Shown here: piece after piece, positions 62,543 through 64,000 of the stretch | Layout of the letters: every line of letters starts with the position of its first letter | Position numbering within the stretch: the first letter of the stretch is position 1 | IMG/VR virus record: IMGVR_UViG_3300030419_006251 | Span: 64,001 to 128,000 of that record | From: a virus | Lineage: Duplodnaviria; Caudoviricetes | Strand: one strand, 5' to 3' | Length of the DNA stretch: 64,000 nucleotides | Program-made: the position numbers and the translations under genes | Notes under the pieces: model-generated | What the model was told of the DNA's origin: nothing | The model's database searches: none | Seen by the model: only the letters and a program-made list of their open reading frames with translations

Positions 62543-63999
62543 TACTTAACGGTTCCTTCAATATCCATATTTGGGTATTTTAATTCTAATATTACATTAT
62601 CGGGTACTGCTATATATGTACCATCGGGCGCCCTCTGATCATCAAAATCAAATGTGGAGTTTGAATACAATGAGCCCTCTTTAGGTAAAATTTTAACACT
62701 CTTGACATCTAAAACTCCCTTGACACGATTTAATATTGTATATGCTTTAGAAATATATAATGGCTCTGCGATATCTAAAAGATTATTTCGGCCAGTATAT
62801 TGCCGTTTTAAGGCGCTCTGACAGCGTGATAAGACCGCGGTTTTATCCGCAGATGGATGAGCTTTAACTGAAAATGAGATTCCAAAATTCACAATTTTTG
62901 CATCGAGTATATCAATACTATCATTAATCATTCGATTGGTGTTCAGCCAGGCTTTTAAATTTTCTTTAGCAGTCATGGTCATGGCCGTTAAAGAACCATT
63001 TGCATTTTCACCGACCACATATAAATTTAAATTTCTTTTTAATGAATCCGGATCTCGAATGATGTTGCAGCGTTTAACAAATCCATATTTCGCCGGCATA
63101 GTATTAACTAAAGCGAGATAATCTTGTTTGGTAACTGCTCTATTCTGTGCTGCGAAATGGCCCAAGATTCTTCTTTTTAATTCAGTTGTTGTTGTTTCGG
63201 GAGTTCCGCCAGTTATTGGCTCATCATTAACAACTTCCAAAGAAGTTTGAACATCCTTTTTGTTTGCACCTGTTATCTTGTCCATGTTTCTAAAACGAAA
63301 TTTTGAATTTATCACAGAATTAATGCGACCTGCTGGAGCACTAGTTCTTCCCGGGGAATTCTGACGATATTTTATATTCAGTGTTGTGTTGACCGGACAT
63401 ATACCAAACTTGTCTGTATTTAGCATCTTCGAAGGATCAAATTCTCTGTCGGTGCTGAAGTCTTTTCCGTGCATATTTAAGGTAATGTTAAGCGGATCGT
63501 GTATACTCTTGGTGGTTAATTCAGAATCAGATCCGTATCCAAACTGCAGGAATAAAGAGTTGCCGGTTCTTTCCACAGTAAATCTTCTGGGGGCTATTAT
63601 TGGTTTTAAAACATTTACAACAACATCTTTATCACTATTTGTATTAATGATCGATTTATAAACCACATTTTGTGATAAGTGTTCAACTTCATAATATTCA
63701 TTGCCGTCTGAATCGGTAACAGAAATAATTTCTGATATTGCAGAATTTCCGACTCGAACTCTTTTAAACCTTTCAAATCCGGCAACCGCTACTTGTTTAA
63801 GACTATTTTGGCCGGAAACAACTTTACCCACAGTTTTGAGCGCATAGTGCGTTGGTACACCAGTATTAGCATTAACCTTACCCACGACCACTTCCACACT
63901 AGAGTTTGAAAAATCAACATCTTCTAATAAGCTAAAGGTTCCGCCGCCGGCAGATCCAAATATGCTAGATTTTTGTAATATTGGCAAATAATTTAAATC
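62542..63999 (-). CDS. gp6: Baseplate wedge protein (T4 gp6-like), 3' part; start lies beyond the right edge
   Basis: AQNRAVTKQDY...MPAKYG.VKR motif of gp6/baseplate-J family. The frame stays open to the window edge (DLNYLPILQK); the track's 'M' is an internal TTG. Confidence 0.85.
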   Translation of the reverse strand, partial: DLNYLPILQKSSIFGSAGGGTFSLLEDVDFSNSSVEVVVGKVNANTGVPTHYALKTVGKVVSGQNSLKQVAVAGFERFKRVRVGNSAISEIISVTDSDGNEYYEVEHLSQNVVYKSIINTNSDKDVVVNVLKPIIAPRRFTVERTGNSLFLQFGYGSDSELTTKSIHDPLNITLNMHGKDFSTDREFDPSKMLNTDKFGICPVNTTLNIKYRQNSPGRTSAPAGRINSVINSKFRFRNMDKITGANKKDVQTSLEVVNDEPITGGTPETTTTELKRRILGHFAAQNRAVTKQDYLALVNTMPAKYGFVKRCNIIRDPDSLKRNLNLYVVGENANGSLTAMTMTAKENLKAWLNTNRMINDSIDILDAKIVNFGISFSVKAHPSADKTAVLSRCQSALKRQYTGRNNLLDIAEPLYISKAYTILNRVKGVLDVKSVKILPKEGSLYSNSTFDFDDQRAPDGTYIAVPDNVILELKYPNMDIEGTVK

Positions 64000-64000
64000 A

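Noticed and set aside
1-64000. tRNA, rRNA, CRISPR arrays, IS elements
   Set aside because: Intergenic gaps are nearly all under 130 nt. No cloverleaf or T-loop pattern, repeat-spacer array or transposase was seen by eye. tRNAscan-SE or Infernal would be needed to exclude them formally.

Overview
This window is a 64 kb segment of a large T4-related myophage, probably jumbo-class. Every credible gene is on the minus strand, in the standard genetic code, and tightly packed. The + strand ORFs in the track look like antisense shadows. In transcription order (right to left) it holds: baseplate genes (gp6-like wedge cut by the window edge, a 641-aa protein, a 3772-aa protein with two LamG-like domains, several uncharacterised structural genes); RuvC-like resolvase; DnaG-like primase; a paralogous family with an MKITKxQLxQIIxEE leader; a single-chain Mre11-Rad50 (SbcD-SbcC) fusion; a holin/spanin-like membrane cluster; an Hc1-like histone; large terminase; portal; prohead protease; ribosomal protein bS21; a 12 kb block of repeat-rich fibre genes; a Pro/Met/Gly-rich scaffold; major capsid protein; neck proteins; and tail sheath (cut by the window edge). 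Reading the DNA directly adds features absent from the ORF track: a 33-aa peptide with 10 Cys (metallothionein-like), a 22-aa Cys-Cys peptide, a recurring ACTAWTTA candidate late-promoter motif, two sigma70-type promoters (one giving a probably leaderless primase mRNA), two intrinsic terminators and a tandem-hairpin leader. I saw no tRNA, rRNA, CRISPR array or mobile element. All family assignments come from motifs recognised by eye, not from database searches.
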